This document shows positions 9,052 to 20,290 of a stretch of DNA of 64,000 bases, piece after piece. A program made the translations under genes and the position numbers. The stretch covers positions 160,001 to 224,000 of the forward strand of contig CAVURN010000005.1 in the NCBI GenBank assembly GCA_963743915.1. The letters are read 5' to 3'. The notes beneath the pieces are model-generated. The model saw only the letters and a list, made by a program, of their open reading frames with translations. It was not told where the DNA came from and did not search any database. Each line of letters starts with the position of its first letter. Position 1 is the stretch's first letter. The DNA comes from an uncultured Actinomycetota bacterium. Its GTDB lineage: Bacteria; Actinomycetota; Actinomycetes; JAHEKZ01.

Positions 9052-10908
9052 TCACCAGCCGCCTCCGCCCCCGCCCCCGAAGCCGCCACCGGAGAAGCCT
9101 CCCCCACCGGAGAACCCGCTCTTGGAGCTGGCGGCGGCGGCCGAGATGGCCCCAGAGGTGCTGACCGAGAAGGCGTTCACCGAGCTGCCGAACGCCGCGT
9201 AGGTCCACGGGTGCGGGCTGGTGTACCACGCCACGGTCGGTGCCACGGCAGCTCCACCCCCGGCGGCCGCCAAGGTCGCGAACACCTTGGCCCAGCGTTC
9301 GGCCTCGCCGAACACGATCGCGTACGGGAGGTACCTCGAGAAGACGTCCTCACCCTCCTCGAAGCGGATCTGGCCGGCCTCAGCCGTGGCCAGGTACCGC
9401 CTGAACCCGAGGGTCCTGGCCAGGACGGCACTGCCCTGTCCGGTGCGGGCCGGCATGGTGCGACCGACGAACCAGAACGCGAGGGCACCGACCACCAGTG
9501 CGAGCCCCACCACCCCGAAGGTCGTGTACCGCGCCAACAGGTAGGTGATGCCCACCGCCGCCGCCAGAGCCACGAACCCCAGGACGCCCCAGGCGCTGCG
9601 TGTCGAGTCCGGCCGCCGCCGGTACCACTTGCGGTACACGAGCTCGTCGTACAGCTTGCTCTGCACCGCCGAGAGATCGGACGCGAACGTGCGCTTGAGC
9701 TCGGAGAGCTTGACGACGTTGCGACCCTCGAACAGCGAGGAGAAGAGCTTCTGCTCGTAGTCCAGCAGGGACTCGTCCCCACCCTTGAGCTGCACCAGCT
9801 GCCAGTCACGGCTGCCGAAGAGCCCCGGGTCGGGGATCTCGTCGATCCGCAGGTATCCCCGGACGGCGAGGTCGACGATGGTGGCCGTCACATCGAGGAC
9901 GTTCGCCTGCTCGTCGATCAGCGTCCCGAGCAGGCCCGGGCGCAGGTCGTCCGGGGGGGACCACTCGACCGGCCCCTCCCCCTCGTCGCCGAACGGCCGC
10001 ATCTCCTCGGTCGTGGACGAACCAGCCAGCGGTGTCAGCCCAGGGATCTGTCCGACGTAGCGACGGTCACGTCCCCGCCGGACCAGTGCGAAGGCACCGA
10101 CACCCACGAGCGCCAGGACGCCGAGCCCGGTGCCGATCGGGGCGGGAGACAACGAGAAGGCACGCTGCAGCGACCAGCGCGGCTCGTACATCGGGGGCGG
10201 GACGTCGACGGCACCCGTGGGGGTCGCGACCACCACGGTCATGGCGGACCCGCTGCCCAGGCCACGCTGGGCGGCCTGCACTGAGGTGTCGCCCACCTCG
10301 AGCGAGTCGCACTTCAGCGCGCTGCCGAGGGGTCCGGCGAAGCACTTGGCGCGCTGCACTGCGGGTGCCGCCACCCGCACCGTCGCCTGCCGGATGGGGA
10401 CGGCCCAGTCCGCGCCGATCGCGTTCCAGTACAGCTCGTCGTACGCGTCGAAGGCGTTCATCGCACCCACGACGTGGTAGCTGAGCTGGTAGCTCTGTGC
10501 ACCGATGATCGTGCGGTCCGGGTCGCCCACGCGGATGACCAGCTGCGATCCCTGTTGCGAGACGTCGAGGTCGGTCGGGGCGCCGGTCGAGCTGCTGACG
10601 GTGACGTCCTCGATGTCGATGACACGCTCGTACGTCTCGTCGATCGTGGTGTCCGAGCTCTCCGGCGTGAAGGTCTCGGTCACCGGGTAGCGGTTGGGGA
10701 TGTTGCGGTAGATCCCGTGGCTGCGGTCGGTGAACGTGTAGTCGATCTGCTCCGTGACGTCGAGAGAGCCATCGTCGTTGATGGTGATGGCCACGTCGTA
10801 GCTGCTCGATGAAGCCGTCTCCGGCTGCAGCGTCCGCCGGGACCGGCGCCAGCAGCAGCATCCCAGGAGAGTCAGCACAGCCACGACCGACGTCCGCCTG
10901 AGCGTCAT
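9052..10908 (-). CDS. DUF2207 membrane protein
   Basis: DGSL.VTE.I.Y, ELYWNAIG..W, ATIVDLAVRGYL, YLPYA.VFG..W, terminal GGGGGGGW; compensated frameshift in the signal region. Confidence 0.92.
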   Translation of the reverse strand: MTLRRTSVVAVLTLLGCCCWRRSRRTLQPETASSSSYDVAITINDDGSLDVTEQIDYTFTDRSHGIYRNIPNRYPVTETFTPESSDTTIDETYERVIDIEDVTVSSSTGAPTDLDVSQQGSQLVIRVGDPDRTIIGAQSYQLSYHVVGAMNAFDAYDELYWNAIGADWAVPIRQATVRVAAPAVQRAKCFAGPLGSALKCDSLEVGDTSVQAAQRGLGSGSAMTVVVATPTGAVDVPPPMYEPRWSLQRAFSLSPAPIGTGLGVLALVGVGAFALVRRGRDRRYVGQIPGLTPLAGSSTTEEMRPFGDEGEGPVEWSPPDDLRPGLLGTLIDEQANVLDVTATIVDLAVRGYLRIDEIPDPGLFGSRDWQLVQLKGGDESLLDYEQKLFSSLFEGRNVVKLSELKRTFASDLSAVQSKLYDELVYRKWYRRRPDSTRSAWGVLGFVALAAAVGITYLLARYTTFGVVGLALVVGALAFWFVGRTMPARTGQGSAVLARTLGFRRYLATAEAGQIRFEEGEDVFSRYLPYAIVFGEAERWAKVFATLAAAGGGAAVAPTVAWYTSPHPWTYAAFGSSVNAFSVSTSGAISAAAASSKSGFSGGGGFSGGGFGGGGGGGW

Positions 10909-10917
10909 CGACTTCTC

Positions 10918-11391
10918 CTAGTCGTCCCGGCCGCGCCGGGCGATGGCGCGCGCCGCGTCCCGCTTTGCCTCGCGCTCGGCGAGGGCCTGGCGCTTGTCGT
11001 ACGACCGCTTGCCTCGGGCCAGACCGATCTCGACCTTCGCGTAGCCGTCCTTGAAGTACAGCGCAAGCGGCACGAGGGTGAGCCCGGTCTCCTGAGTCTT
11101 GCCGGAGAGCTTGCGGATCTGTTCCCGGTGCAGCAAGAGCTTGCGGGCACGGCGCGGCTCGTGGTTGGTCCAGGTCCCTTGCGTGTACTCGGGGATGTGG
11201 ACGTTGTGGAGCCAGATCTCACCGTCCTTCTCGGCGGCGTAGCCGTCGACGAGCGACGCGCGCCCCTCGCGGAGCGACTTGACCTCGGTCCCGGTGAGCA
11301 CGAGGCCGGCCTCGACGGTGTCCTCGATGTGGTAGTCGTGCCGGGCTCGCCGGTTCTGGGCGACCAAGGTGCGCCCCTTCTCCCGCGCCAT
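10918..11391 (-). CDS. smpB: SsrA-binding protein
   Basis: [36 protein letters not shown]. Confidence 0.98.
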   Translation of the reverse strand: MAREKGRTLVAQNRRARHDYHIEDTVEAGLVLTGTEVKSLREGRASLVDGYAAEKDGEIWLHNVHIPEYTQGTWTNHEPRRARKLLLHREQIRKLSGKTQETGLTLVPLALYFKDGYAKVEIGLARGKRSYDKRQALAEREAKRDAARAIARRGRDD

Positions 11392-11395
11392 CGCG

Positions 11396-12547
11396 CTAGC
11401 CCTGGTCCGTCAGCGGCAGCGCCGCGGTGAGTCCCCGCAGCACTTCCAGTGCCCGGGCCTCGGCGACATCCGGCGTCGCGGCGGCATCGACCAGTACGTC
11501 CGGCTCGACGCCGCGGCCGTCGATCAGCCGACCGGCCGGCGTCAGGTAGCGGCCGATGGTGAACTCGATCGCGGATCCGTCGGGGAGCACGCTGGGCTCC
11601 TGCACCGAGCCCTTGCCGTAGGTGCGCGACCCGACGACCACGGCACGGCTGCGGTCCTGCAGTGCCGCGGCGACCACCTCGGCGGCGCTGGCCGTGCCTC
11701 CGTCGACCAGCACGACGACGGGTGTCGTCGTGTTGCCGTCTCCGATGGCGTAGAGCGTCCGGTCGGGCGCGTCGCGCTGCTCGTAGGACACCACGGGCCC
11801 GCCGTCGAGGAACACCGACGCCACCTCGACCGCCTCGTCGAGCAGGCCGCCGGGATTGCCCCGCAGGTCGAGGACGATGCCACCGGTGGCGCCCGCGTCG
11901 CCGGCGATGGCGTCCCGGACGCTGCCTCCGACACCTCGGCTGAAGGCGCGGACGTCGATGAGGGTCACCCCGTCGGCGAGCCGCTCGACGGTCACGTCGT
12001 CGGCGCTGAGCACGGCTCGGGTGAGGGAGACCGTGGTCGGCACGCCGTTGCGCAGCAGGGCGAGGTCGACGGTGGTGCCGGCGTCTCCCCGGAGTCGTTG
12101 CACGACCTCTCCGACCGAGCCCGCCGACGTGGTCCAGTCGTCGACCGCCAAGATCACGTCTCCGGGCTCCACTCCCGCCTCGTCGGCGGGGGAATTCGAC
12201 TGGACGCTCGCCACGACCACGCCCGTGTGGCCGGACCGCACCCAGAGCCCGACGCCGGAGTAGCGCCCCTCGAGCGCCTCGGCGAACGAGGCGTAGTCAC
12301 TGGGCTCGTAGTAGGAGGACCAGCGGTCTCCGAGGGCCTTCAGCATTCCCTCCACCGCCGCGCGCTCGAGCTCGCTGCGGTCGACGGGAAGCGCGGCGGA
12401 CTCCTCGATCCGGTCGGCTGCCGCGTCGATGACGCCGGTGGAGGAGGAGCTGCCCACCACACCGGTCACCACGCCTGCGCCGTACGCCGCTCCCATGGCG
12501 AGCACGACCGCGGACGCGGTCAGGACCCGTCGGGAGGTGGAAGACAT
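11396..12547 (-). CDS. S41 C-terminal processing protease with PDZ domain
   Basis: [27 protein letters not shown]. Confidence 0.93.
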   Translation of the reverse strand: MSSTSRRVLTASAVVLAMGAAYGAGVVTGVVGSSSSTGVIDAAADRIEESAALPVDRSELERAAVEGMLKALGDRWSSYYEPSDYASFAEALEGRYSGVGLWVRSGHTGVVVASVQSNSPADEAGVEPGDVILAVDDWTTSAGSVGEVVQRLRGDAGTTVDLALLRNGVPTTVSLTRAVLSADDVTVERLADGVTLIDVRAFSRGVGGSVRDAIAGDAGATGGIVLDLRGNPGGLLDEAVEVASVFLDGGPVVSYEQRDAPDRTLYAIGDGNTTTPVVVLVDGGTASAAEVVAAALQDRSRAVVVGSRTYGKGSVQEPSVLPDGSAIEFTIGRYLTPAGRLIDGRGVEPDVLVDAAATPDVAEARALEVLRGLTAALPLTDQG

Positions 12548-12614
12548 GGCGCCGAGTCTACGGGCGCGAGGGGCGACGACCGGTCCAGCCCGAGCGCTGC
12601 GGCCCCGTTCAGTG

Positions 12615-12635
12615 TCGACCTCAGGTTGAGGTCGA
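12615..12635. other. Inverted repeat TCGACCTCA-GGT-TGAGGTCGA (terminator or operator)
   Basis: 9-bp perfect arms immediately after the M23 stop codon. Confidence 0.4.
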
Positions 12636-13888
12636 TCAGGGGCAGAACTGCGACTGGGGAGTCTTCTGGCCGCCGAACCAGCCCATCGGGTCGTGCGGGA
12701 CGCCGTTGATGTGCACCTCGAAGTGCAGGTGGGGTCCGCTGGAGTAGCCGGTCGAGCCGACGTAGCCGATCGTCTCGCCGGCCTTCACCCGCTGGCCGGG
12801 GCTGACGGCGAACGACGTCTGGTGGGCGTAGAACGTCGAGAGCCCGTCGCCGTGGTCGACGAGGGTGTTGTTGCCGTAGGGACCGCTCAGCTCGGCCCGC
12901 GTCCAGATCACCACGCCGTCCGCGGCGGCGTGGATGGCGGTGCCGCTGGACGGCCGAGATGTCGATGCCGGTGTGGCAGCTCCGGTACCCGTAGACCGGG
13001 TGCACCCGCCAGCCGACACCTCCGTTCGACGGAGCGCCCGGGATCGGCCAGATGCAGCTCACCGGTGGGGATGCCGGACCCGGTGGAGGCGGCCTGGGCG
13101 ATCTGCGCCTGCAGCGCGTCCTGCGCAGCCTCCAGCTGGTTGAGCCGCTGAACCTCGGCGGCGCGCTCCTGCTCGGCGACGCGCAGCGCGCGCGACCGAA
13201 GCTGCACCAGCCGCTGGATCTTCTGCTTGGCCGCACGGGCCTCCTGCACGAGGTCGCGCAGCTCGAGCACCTGCTCCTCGGCCTCGGTCTCGGTGGCTTC
13301 GATCGCCTCGACCGTCACCTGCATCTGCTGTTGACGGGCGGCCAGCACGGCCTTGTCGGCGTTGAGCCGGTCGATGACCTCCGCCTGGCTCTCGGTCACC
13401 GAGCGAGTCGCCATGACGCGCTGGACGAAGTCGGTGGGTGAGTCGGCGTCGAGGACGACCTGCAGCTCGGCGTACCCGCCCGTCTGGTACTGGTAGCGGA
13501 CGATGCGCGCGATCAGCGTCTCGGAGCGCACGATGCGCCGTTGCGCCAGCTCGATCTCGGTCTGGACCTTCTCCTGCTCCGCACGCAGCTGTCGGAGCTT
13601 CTGCCGGATGAGCGCCAGGCGCTCCCGCGCGCTGGACAGCCGACCGGTCGCTGCTGAGAACTCCGCGCGAGCCGCCGGCAGCTGGACCTGTGCCCGTTCG
13701 AGGTCGGCAGCGGCCTCCTTGAGCCGGGACGAGGCGCTGTGGAGGGCGTCCTCGGTGGCAGAGATCTTGTCCTCGAGGTCCTGGGACTGGTCGATGAGGT
13801 CGTCGGCCGAGGCCGGGGCCAGCACTCCGGCCACGAGGGCAGCGAGGGTCACACCGGCGGCAAGCGCAGCACGGGCACGCACGGTCAT
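12636..13888 (-). CDS. Coiled-coil + M23 peptidase (EnvC-like FtsX partner), frameshifts near 13030 and 12950
   Basis: Signal peptide, long coiled coil, HTGID, YGN..VDHG, GPHLHFEV. Confidence 0.88.
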
Positions 13889-13941
13889 CCCTCCTTCTCC
13901 CTAGGACATCGGCAGCAAGTCGGTGGACCTGCAGCCGCAGG

Positions 13942-14859
13942 TCACACTCGAAGGTACTTCAGCAGCGTCAGGTACGAGACCACAATCGAGACGAGCAACC
14001 CGATCGCCATGACGATGCCGCACGTGACCATCACGTGGCTCCACTCGATCCAGCTCGCCTCGTTGAATGCGAACGACTCCCGGAAGAGCCGGTCGATCAG
14101 CAGGTACTTGCCCAGCACCAGCGCACCGCAGGCCAGCAGGCCCCCCATCAGGCCCGCGAATGCCCCTTCGAGCAGGAACGGCAGCTGGATGTACAGGTTG
14201 GAGGCGCCGACGAGACGCATGATGGAGGTCTCCCGCCGCCGGCTGAAGGCCGCCACGCGGATGACCACCACGATCAGCAGCACCGTCGCGATGAGTGCGA
14301 CAAATGCCACAAAAAGGGCACCTGCTTGGAACCCGTTGAGCACGTCGAACACGGTGTCGAAGAAGGACCGCATGTCGACGACGTTCTCGACGCCGGGGCG
14401 CCCCTCGAAGGCGCTCGCCACGATGTTGTAGTCCTGCTCTGGGTTGACCAGCTTGGCGCGGAACGACTCCTGCATGTCGTCGACGGTGATGCTGTCGGCG
14501 ATCTCCGAGCTGGCGAACTGCTCCTGGAAGCGCTCGTAGGCGTCCTGCTTGGACTCGTAGAACACGTCGCTCACCTGCGGAAGGTCCCGCAGGTCCTGCT
14601 CGATCTGGACGCGCTGAGCATCGGTCACCGCGCCGTCCGGACAGGTGGGCCGGTCGCTGTCGATGTCACGGCAGAGGAACAGCGACACCTCGACCTTGCC
14701 GAGCCAGAACTTCTGCATCTCGTTGATCTGCTGGCGGATGAGGTTCGCGGTGCCGAGCAGGGCCAGGGCGATGCTGATGACCAGGACCGCGGCCACGGTC
14801 ATGGTGAGGTTGCGACGGAGACCGGTGGCGGCCTCGCTCGCGACAAGACTGATGCGCAT
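13942..14859 (-). CDS. ftsX: Cell division permease FtsX
   Basis: GLRRNLTMT.A, SRRRET.IMRLVGAS..YIQLPF..EG. Confidence 0.96.
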   Translation of the reverse strand: MRISLVASEAATGLRRNLTMTVAAVLVISIALALLGTANLIRQQINEMQKFWLGKVEVSLFLCRDIDSDRPTCPDGAVTDAQRVQIEQDLRDLPQVSDVFYESKQDAYERFQEQFASSEIADSITVDDMQESFRAKLVNPEQDYNIVASAFEGRPGVENVVDMRSFFDTVFDVLNGFQAGALFVAFVALIATVLLIVVVIRVAAFSRRRETSIMRLVGASNLYIQLPFLLEGAFAGLMGGLLACGALVLGKYLLIDRLFRESFAFNEASWIEWSHVMVTCGIVMAIGLLVSIVVSYLTLLKYLRV

Positions 14860-14874
14860 GGTTCTCTCCGGCCG

Positions 14875-15564
14875 TCAGCGGGCGTAGCCGTAGACGCCGC
14901 GCACCTGGTCGCGGACGAGGTGGCCGCGCTCGAGCTCGATGACCCGTCGGCGCATCTGGTCGACGATGTCGGCGTCGTGCGTGGCCATCACCACGGTGGT
15001 GCCGGTGCGGTTGATGCGGTCGAGCAGCTTCATGATGCCGACGCTCGTGTGCGGGTCGAGGTTTCCGGTGGGCTCGTCGGCGATGAGGATCACCGGGCGG
15101 TTGACGAACGCACGCGCCACGGCGACGCGCTGCTGCTCGCCACCGGACAGCTCACCGGGGTAGCGGTCCTCCTTGCCGGCCAGACCGACCAGCTCGATGA
15201 CCTCTGGGACCACCTTCGCGGTGATGTGACCGGGCCGGCCGGTGACCTCGAGCGCGAACGCGACGTTCTCGTGGACGGTCTTGTTGGGCAGCAGCCGAAA
15301 GTCCTGGAACACCGTTCCGATCTGGCGACGCAGCTGGGGAACCTTCCAGTTGGAGAGACGGGCGACGTCCTTGCCGGCCACGAAGACCTGGCCGGTCGTG
15401 GCGCGCTCCTCGCGCAGCACGAGCCGCAGCAGCGTCGACTTGCCCGAGCCCGAGGCGCCGACGAGGAAGACGAACTCGCCCTTGTCGATCTCGAGCGTGA
15501 CCTTGTCGAGCGCCGGGCGCGCCTGGCTGGGATAGAGCTTGGTGACGTCGTCCAACCTGATCAT
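14875..15564 (-). CDS. ftsE: Cell division ATPase FtsE
   Basis: [34 protein letters not shown]. Confidence 0.97.
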   Translation of the reverse strand: MIRLDDVTKLYPSQARPALDKVTLEIDKGEFVFLVGASGSGKSTLLRLVLREERATTGQVFVAGKDVARLSNWKVPQLRRQIGTVFQDFRLLPNKTVHENVAFALEVTGRPGHITAKVVPEVIELVGLAGKEDRYPGELSGGEQQRVAVARAFVNRPVILIADEPTGNLDPHTSVGIMKLLDRINRTGTTVVMATHDADIVDQMRRRVIELERGHLVRDQVRGVYGYAR

Positions 15565-15713
15565 GAAGTGGCCCGGCCGGGTCGGGGACAGGGGAAGCGG
15601 GCGCGAACGCCCGAGTGCGACCGGGGGGCCAGTCTATGGGTCAGGGCGTCCAGCTCTGGCAACCCCCGGCGGGACGCGCGTGGCGTCGCGGCCCGACCGG
15701 AGGAGGGCAGAGA

Positions 15714-15745
15714 AGAAGGGGCGGGCTTCACAGCCCGCCCCTTCT
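15714..15745 (-). terminator. Intrinsic terminator after the LPXTG gene
   Basis: 14-bp stem AGAAGGGGCGGGCT/AGCCCGCCCCTTCT with 4-nt loop. Confidence 0.8.
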
Positions 15746-15773
15746 GCTGCTGAACGCTCGTCGCGAGAAGCGA

Positions 15774-16536
15774 TCAGTGCTTGCGGTGGTACACCGGAAC
15801 CAGTCGTCCAGGTCCGAGCAGGAGCAGCATCCCGAGGCCGATGAGCAGCAGGGAGGCGCCCAGGGCGCCTGCCACCGGCAGTCCAGAGCCGGTCTTCGGC
15901 AGCGCAGCGGCAGCGGCAGCCGCCGACTCGCTGTTACGGGGCTTGCCACCCTTCTCGGTCTCGGTGGGCAGTGCCTCGCCGCCGTGCCGGAGGTCTCGCT
16001 CGGTTCGACGGCGCGTGTCCGTGGACTCGGTGTCCGACGGGCTGGCCGTGTCGGTGGACTCGGTGTCCGACGGGCTGGCCGTGTCAGTCGACTCGGTGTC
16101 CGACGGGCTGGCCGTCGTCGGTGGACTCGGTGTCCGACGGGCTCGGTGACACGCCTGGCACCTTGCAGTCGTTCTCGTAGATCGCGATGCCGGCCTCATT
16201 CCAGTTCAGGCCGTCGTGCACGCCGACGAGCGGCGGGATGATGTCGCCCCACTGGTCGCCGTTGTGCGGCGGTGGGTACTCCTCCTCGGGGTCGAACACC
16301 GGCCCGAGGTGCTTGCCGAAGTGGTCAGCGCCACCCTTGCCGTCAATGGCTGACGGGTCGACGGTGATCACGCGGTACGGATTGGTGACAGCGTTGGTGC
16401 GGTGGCAGATGGTGACGTTGTCCTCGTTGCCGGGACTCGCCGTCGCGGTGCTCATCCCCAACCACGGCAGCGGCGCGAGCGCGACAAGCAGCACGCCAGC
16501 CCATCGCGCCGCCTTGGTCCTGCGGCTGATGGTCAT
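15774..16536 (-). CDS. Sortase-anchored surface protein: VTICH domain + Ser/Thr/Asp repeat stalk + LPKTG (frameshifted near 16116)
   Basis: Signal peptide, VTICHRTNAVTNPY..., TASPSDTESTD repeats, LPKTG-TM-RKH tail; GGAGG RBS. Confidence 0.8.
16015..16143. repeat. About 4 x 33-bp tandem repeat (TASPSDTESTD)
   Basis: Unit GTGTCnGTGGACTCGGTGTCCGACGGGCTGGCC; the 4th copy has one extra C. Confidence 0.9.
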
Positions 16537-16664
16537 GACCGATCCCTCCCTCAACCGGGCCGGTCTCACCTCTCGCTCCCCGTGGTCGCTGGGCGATGAG
16601 CCCGCGGTGACCGAATGACGGCCACGGATCCCTGCTTCCCTGCCTACAGACTAGTCCTCGGCCG

Positions 16665-16677
16665 TCACTCAACGTGA
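16665..16677. promoter_or_regulatory. BldD-like box TCAC-TCAAC-GTGA
   Basis: TnAC-N5-GTnA just upstream of the TAGTCT -10 (16648-16653) of the LPXTG gene. Confidence 0.45.
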
Positions 16678-16805
16678 TAGCCGAACGGGTGAATCACCCA
16701 CTTGGCGGGTGACCCACGTCACGCACCGTACCGTCCGAGGCGCGCTCGAACAGGGGTTTGCCGAATCCGGACTCACCGACCCTGGGCCAGGGCGGCAGTG
16801 CTCGA

Positions 16806-17929
16806 TCAGGCTGAGGCGCTGGCGTTCTCCCGCTGCTTGCGCCAACGGATGCCCAGCCTCGATGAAGGCGTCGATGTCGCCGTCGAGGACGGCGTCCGGG
16901 TTGCCGACCTCGACGTCGGTGCGGAGGTCCTTGACCATCTGGTACGGGTGCAGCACGTAGGACCGCATCTGGTTCCCCCACGAGCCGCCGGAGTCGCCCT
17001 TCAGGGCATCGATCTTCGCCTGCTCCTCCTGCCGCCGACGCTCGAGCAGCTTGGCCTGCAGCACGTTCATTGCGGTGGCGCGGTTCTGCAGCTGCGAGCG
17101 CTCGTTCTGGCAGCTGACCACGATGCCGGTGGGAATGTGGGTGAGGCGCACCGCCGAGTCGGTGGTGTTCACGCCCTGGCCGCCGGGCCCGCTGCTGCGG
17201 TAGACGTCGACCCGGATCTCGTCCTCCGGGATGTCGACGGCGTCCGTCTGCTCGACCACCGGCACCACCTCGACCCCGGCGAACGACGTCTGGCGGCGTC
17301 CCTGGTTGTCGAAGGGCGAGATCCGGACGAGCCGGTGGGTGCCCTGCTCGACGCTGAGGGTGCCGTACGCGTAGGGCGCCTTCACCGCGAAGGTGGCCGA
17401 CTTGATGCCGGCCTCCTCGGCGTACGACGTCTCGTAGACCTCGGTCGGGTACCCGTGACGCTCGCACCAGCGCAGGTACATCCGCATCAGCATCTCGGCC
17501 CAGTCCGCGGCGTCCACGCCACCGGCCTCGGCCCGGATCGTCACGAGCGCCTCGCGGGCGTCGTACTCGCCCGAGAGCAGGGTGAGGACCTCCTGCTCGC
17601 TGACGGCCTGGCTGAGCGCGGCCAGCTCGGTCTCGGCCTCAGCCAGCGCCTCGGCGTCACCCTCGTCCTCGGCCAGCTCGAACATCAGCGAGAGGTCGTC
17701 GGCCCGCTGGCGCAGCACGCCGATCCGCCTGCAGGAGCCCCTGGACGTTCGACAGCCGGCTGGTGACCTTCTGCGCAGCCTCGGGGTCGTTCCAGAGATC
17801 CGGCGCGGCGGCCTGCTCCTCCAGGGACGCGGCCTCGGCGCGCAGAGCGGGCAGGTCGAGCACGGCCTCGATGCTGCCCAGGGTGGTCCGGAGCTGCTCG
17901 ATCGCCTCGTTCTGCTCGAGTGTCGCCAC
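16806..17929 (-). CDS. prfB: Peptide chain release factor 2 (apparent errors near 17730 and 16853)
   Basis: [31 protein letters not shown]; corrected end [15 protein letters not shown]. Confidence 0.96.
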
Positions 17930-18015
17930 GTCGCACGAGGGTACGTGATCGGCGAACTGCTCAATGTCGGCCCCCGGTGGGCCGATCAGGGGAATGAGCC
18001 ACCTGGGGGTCCCCC

Positions 18016-19561
18016 GTGCGACGACCGATCGCCGCCACCACCGTCGCCATGCTGATGGGCTGCGCCACGGTGGCGTCCCTCGTGGCGCCGCTGGCGTCCG
18101 CGGAGGACGACGTCCCGGCTGTCGCCGCCGCGGACGACTCCCTGCCGAACACCGCTCCCAGTGCCGTCGACGACGACGCGGTCGTCACGTCCGGCAGCTC
18201 TGTGGTCGTCGACGTGCTGGGCAACGACACCGACCCCGACGGTGACCCGCTGACCCTGGTGGGCGTGGTCGACCCACCGGCGAGCGGGACGACGAGCCTG
18301 GTGGAGGGGGGCGTCGAGTACCTCGCTGCCCCTGGCTACACAGGTCCCGACTCCTTCACCTACGAGATCTCCGACGGTGAGCTGACTGCCGTCGCCACCG
18401 TCTCCGTCACCGTGACGTCGGACGCCAACACCGCACCGGTGGCCACCGACGACAGCGTCACCACCCGCTGGGGTTCGCCCGTGACGGTCGACGTCACGGC
18501 CAACGACACCGACGCGGACGGTGACCACCTCGCGGTGGTCCGCATCTGGCGTCCGGAGCACGGCGGCGCCCAGCTCGTCGACGGCCAGGTCGTCTACACG
18601 CCGCGCGGCCAGTTCGTGGGCGTGGACGTCGTCCGGTACCAGGTCGGCGACGGACGCGGCGGCGTGTCCGAGGCCGTCCTCGCAGTTCAGGTCGACCCCG
18701 ACCACAGGGTGGAGCTGAAGCGCACGAGCACCCCGGTGGCGCTGCGCCCGATGACCGTGCGTGGGGTCGTCTCCACCCAGCTCGGCGGCCCCGTGACGGT
18801 CTCCCTGCAGCGCCGGGCGGAGTCCGGTGTCTGGCGGACCCTGCGGTCTCAACGCCTTCGGGACGACAACCAGTTCGCCCTCTCGTGGACGCCACCACGT
18901 CCTGGCCGTGAGTGGCTGAGGCTACGGGCGACCTGGGCTGACGGCGCCGATGGACGTCAGGACGGCCTACCGTGCACAGGTCGAGGCGCGCTTCGCCCCT
19001 GTCGTCGAGCCCGTGCGGCGCGACGACGTCCCGCACACGTGGCGTCCCGGCTGCCCGGTGGGCCCGGCCGCTCTTCGGCAGATCCACATGAGCTACTGGG
19101 ACTACCAAGGGCGCCTGCGTCGCGGCACGCTGATCGGCGCTGCGGGGGTGGTCGGCGACTACCTCGCGATCTTCCGGCGAGCCTTCGACACCGGGTTCCC
19201 CATCAAGAAGATGTATCCGGCCGATCGCTACGGCGGCGTGGACGAGCGAGCGATGCGCGCCGGGAACACGTCGGCCTTCAACTGTCGGCACGTGACCGGC
19301 AACCCCTACCGGATGTCGCAGCACTCCTACGGCAACGCCATCGACATCAACACGTTCGAGAACCCGTACGTCACAGGCTCGCGGGTCTACCCGCCCAAGG
19401 CCGCGGTGCCCTACTACCACCGACGCGAGCACAACCTGCGCGACCCAGGCGTCATCACCCGTCGGTCGTCCATCGCCCGCGAGCTGTGGCGACAGGGCTG
19501 GGCCTGGGGTGCCCGCTGGTCGTTCCCGGACTACCAGCACTGGTCGAGCAACGGCGGATGA
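18016..19561 (+). CDS. Secreted Ig-like (cadherin/Big_9) repeats fused to an M15 D,D-peptidase domain (frameshift near 18948)
   Basis: 2x NTAP.A.DD..DV..NDTD.DGD.L; SAFNCR, SQHSYG.AIDIN, DYQHW. Confidence 0.85.
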
Positions 19562-19562
19562 C

Positions 19563-20234
19563 ATGACGGCGATGCGAACGGCGATGGTCGGTGCAGCCGG
19601 TCTTCTCAGCGTGCTGGGCCTGGGCGCCTGCACGGGTGGTGAGGAGCCCGCGACGCTGGTCGAGGTGACGGAGCAGAGCGTCGATGAGACGGGGTCGAAG
19701 GCCAAGAAGCCCGCGGCCCGCACCGGCGACCTCGGTCAGGAGGATCTGCCGGTTCCGGCAGAGCTCGGGGAGGGGTGGGACTACCGCGTGGACCCCGGCA
19801 ACGCCGAGGACGGCTACGTCGGCAGCGGCGAGCCCGCGACGGCGCGCGACCCGATGGAGGTGCTCGGCGCGATCACGCCCCTGGGCTGCCGACCGGGACA
19901 GCTGCCCGTGCCCACGCACGCGCTCGAGGTGACGTACGCCCGGGACGACCTGCCCGGCGTCGGCATGCTGCTGCGTTTCGCCGACGAGGCGACAGCGGCG
20001 CAGTTCTTCGACGCGCACACGGGCGTCATCAGCGACTGCGTCGGACGCCGCACGGTCGACCTCGCGGTGGTCCGGGCCGAGCAGGGGGCGTTCATCAGCA
20101 CCCGCACCGAGCAGCTGGGCCAGACCCCGACCTGGGTCGAGGGAGTCGGCCTTCGTGGCACCGAGGTGCTGCTCGTCGCCGTCGCTGACGACGGAGCGTC
20201 CGGCGTCCGGGCGGTGGAGTCCGCGCTGCAGTAG
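19563..20234 (+). CDS. Hypothetical lipoprotein
   Basis: Lipobox LGLGAC; two further Cys; starts right after the M15 stop. Confidence 0.75.
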   Translation: MTAMRTAMVGAAGLLSVLGLGACTGGEEPATLVEVTEQSVDETGSKAKKPAARTGDLGQEDLPVPAELGEGWDYRVDPGNAEDGYVGSGEPATARDPMEVLGAITPLGCRPGQLPVPTHALEVTYARDDLPGVGMLLRFADEATAAQFFDAHTGVISDCVGRRTVDLAVVRAEQGAFISTRTEQLGQTPTWVEGVGLRGTEVLLVAVADDGASGVRAVESALQ

Positions 20235-20290
20235 GGGTGACCCGCTCGACAGTGACCTCCTCGCGATGTCGACCTGCTTCGATCGTCGTC

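Noticed and set aside
16015-16143. 33-bp repeats as a CRISPR array
   Set aside because: Directly tandem with no spacers, in-frame coding, no cas genes
16740-16775. GGCAAACC as a c-di-GMP-I riboswitch
   Set aside because: Lacks the downstream GNRA stem and GCAAA/P2 elements
17700-17760. prfB frameshift as programmed +1 recoding
   Set aside because: No CTT-TGA slippery site with internal SD, wrong position, and a second break near the C-terminus; fits a sequencing error
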